Assembly: GCA_023266675.1 (NCBI GenBank)
Contig: JAHFPP010000001.1
Span: forward strand, 1 to 45,979
From: Candidatus Woesearchaeota archaeon
GTDB taxonomy: Archaea; Nanobdellota; Nanobdellia; Woesearchaeales; BM511
Length of the DNA stretch: 45,979 nucleotides
Direction of reading: 5' to 3'
Part shown: piece after piece, positions 44,400 through 45,979 of the stretch
Layout of the letters: each line of letters opens with the position of its first letter
How positions within the stretch are numbered: position 1 is the first letter of the stretch
Position numbers and translations under genes: made by a program
The notes under the pieces: model-generated
Database searches by the model: none
What the model was told of the DNA's origin: nothing
What the model saw: only the letters and a program-made list of their open reading frames with translations

Positions 44400-44642
44400 A
44401 TGAAAAACATGGCTGAAGAAGTAGCAAAAGCAGGAGTTAAAAAAGAAAAAGGATACTTATACTTTGTTGACAAACAAGGAGACGTATCAAGAGCTAAAAT
44501 GGCAAGAGCAGGAAAAAAATCAGGCTCAAAGAATAAAATCGAAAAAGTCGCAAAAGTAGGCGTCAAAAAAGCAAAAGGCTTCCTATACTTTATCGATAAG
44601 AAAGGAAACGTTTCAAGAGCAAAGATGGCTCGAGGAAGATAA
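44400..44642 (+). CDS. very basic 80-aa protein made of two ~31-aa repeats (unknown family)
   Basis: An AGGAGGA Shine-Dalgarno lies directly upstream. VAKAGVKKEKGYLYFVDKQGDVSRAKMARAG (residues 8-38) and VAKVGVKKAKGFLYFIDKKGNVSRAKMARGR (residues 50-80) are identical at 23 of 31 positions. The protein has 24 K/R against 7 D/E. Confidence 0.55.
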   Translation: MKNMAEEVAKAGVKKEKGYLYFVDKQGDVSRAKMARAGKKSGSKNKIEKVAKVGVKKAKGFLYFIDKKGNVSRAKMARGR

Positions 44643-44768
44643 AAACTTCCTTATTTTTATTTTCTTTTTATTTATTATTCTAAAAAATTTTTAAAAGATG
44701 TTTTATCCACTTTGCATCCATAAGCTTTAAATTAAGTCAATTTTTCTTTATAATAGCAAGTGGATTAT

Positions 44769-45950
44769 ATGAAAATAATAAAACTTTTAAAAAAGAAAAT
44801 TGCAGGCATATTAAAAGAGAAGCCTAAAGCGAATCAGGAAAAGATTTCTTTTGAGGATATTGAGAAATATCTTTTTTCAAACGAAGAAAAGATTCAAAAA
44901 AACTTATCCGATGCAATAAAATTAATCCATGAAAACATAACCTCATTAACGCATGAGACAAATGATAAGCTTGACACACTAAGCAAAGTCTCACTTGATA
45001 AAAAAAATGAGGATGAGAGGATAAAGCATCTTGTTCTCACAAATAAACAAATATATACCAAGGAAGTTGAAAAACTCTTATCTGAGCTAAAACATCTTAA
45101 AAGCCACGACTTTAATGATTTCATTTCGCAAATAAATTTAAACTTCTTCGAATTCAAGAAGCGTTCTGATGATAAATACAAGAAGTCAACTTTTCTCATC
45201 GGCAAAGAGATTGCTGACGTCAGCGAATGCATCTCAAAGTTCATGAAAAACTACTCAAAGATTGTGAGCGAGAATGAAGGAAATATGCAGCAATTGAAAC
45301 TTATAAGTGAGATAAGGGCAAAACTTAGAAAAATTGAATTGAGTAAATCAGAAAAGAAAGTTATAGAGGAGACTATTCATAAGATAACATCTGAAATAAA
45401 ATCACTAAAGCAAAAGATAAAAGATGTTATATCAGAGATTGAAAAGGTAAAGAACAGCAGGGAACATAAGGAAAACCTTGATAACATTGAAAAACAAAAG
45501 ACCTTAATCCTCGAAATTAACAAAGAACTAAATGAATTAAAATTAATGATTGATTTTAAAACTTTAACAGAGATGTTTCATTCAAGTGAGAAGTACAGGC
45601 CAATAGTTAAGAATTTCAGGGAAAACTTCAATGAACATTTCAAAGAAGACAATGGTGTCGCACTTTTACACATAATCTCTGAAGCAAAAATAAACAATGA
45701 AGCAATTAGGAATAAAATAACTGATATAAACTCAAAATCAGAGGAATTTTACAAAATAAAATCTTTGATTTTACATGATAAAGTGCAGTCCTCAACCTAC
45801 GAATTAAAGAAATTGGAATCTGAGTTAAATACTCTTAATGATGCTAAAGAAAAAGAATCAAAAAGAATTGACAAACTGAAGTCAGCAGTTGACGACATAA
45901 AATCATCAATAAAAACAGATTTTTTAAAGTTTGACGTTATTGTAGAATAA
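44769..45950 (+). CDS. long coiled-coil protein, unknown function
   Basis: About 393 aa, rich in K, E, I and L with heptad-like periodicity throughout. The ATG at 44769 is preferred over GTG at 44760. Confidence 0.5.
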   Translation: MKIIKLLKKKIAGILKEKPKANQEKISFEDIEKYLFSNEEKIQKNLSDAIKLIHENITSLTHETNDKLDTLSKVSLDKKNEDERIKHLVLTNKQIYTKEVEKLLSELKHLKSHDFNDFISQINLNFFEFKKRSDDKYKKSTFLIGKEIADVSECISKFMKNYSKIVSENEGNMQQLKLISEIRAKLRKIELSKSEKKVIEETIHKITSEIKSLKQKIKDVISEIEKVKNSREHKENLDNIEKQKTLILEINKELNELKLMIDFKTLTEMFHSSEKYRPIVKNFRENFNEHFKEDNGVALLHIISEAKINNEAIRNKITDINSKSEEFYKIKSLILHDKVQSSTYELKKLESELNTLNDAKEKESKRIDKLKSAVDDIKSSIKTDFLKFDVIVE

Positions 45951-45979
45951 CTAAATATTATTTTCTTCCACTTATTAAA

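Overview
This is a visibly AT-rich, very compact archaeal chromosome segment. The gene content and small gene sizes suggest a reduced, DPANN-like archaeon, but that lineage call is an inference. No rRNA, tRNA or CRISPR array was recognised. Most of the window is housekeeping: a Zn-ribbon plus aEF-1beta pair, Trm1, aIF5B, SepF, an archaeal MiaB-like methylthiotransferase, a ZPR1-type Zn finger and a sugar-phosphate trio (PGI/PMI, ROK kinase, PMM/PGM). It also holds the classical exosome superoperon (RNase P Pop5, proteasome alpha, SBDS, Rrp4, Rrp41, Rrp42, then RpoK), archease plus RtcB, YrdC/Sua5, acylphosphatase, Orc1/Cdc6 and SerS. Accessory or odd content includes: a bacterial/phage-type KilA-N gene beside two tandem paralogous membrane proteins; an orphan PD-(D/E)xK-like nuclease; a wHTH gene followed by two unrecognisable small proteins next to orc1/cdc6; a very basic 80-aa protein built from two repeats; and a large secreted transglutaminase-like protein. 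A PilT-like ATPase/KH gene is interrupted by a single in-frame TAA. The most interesting non-coding signal is the 566-bp gap at 34042-34607, the longest in the window. It carries tandem GTCCAGTG(G) motifs resembling archaeal origin recognition box cores, GC-rich hairpins and an 11-bp perfect inverted repeat, about 300 bp from orc1/cdc6. The same 18/19-nt tandem motif recurs in inverted orientation at 8748-8766, upstream of the KilA-N gene. All functional calls come from motif and family recognition by eye on the supplied translations; no searches were run.
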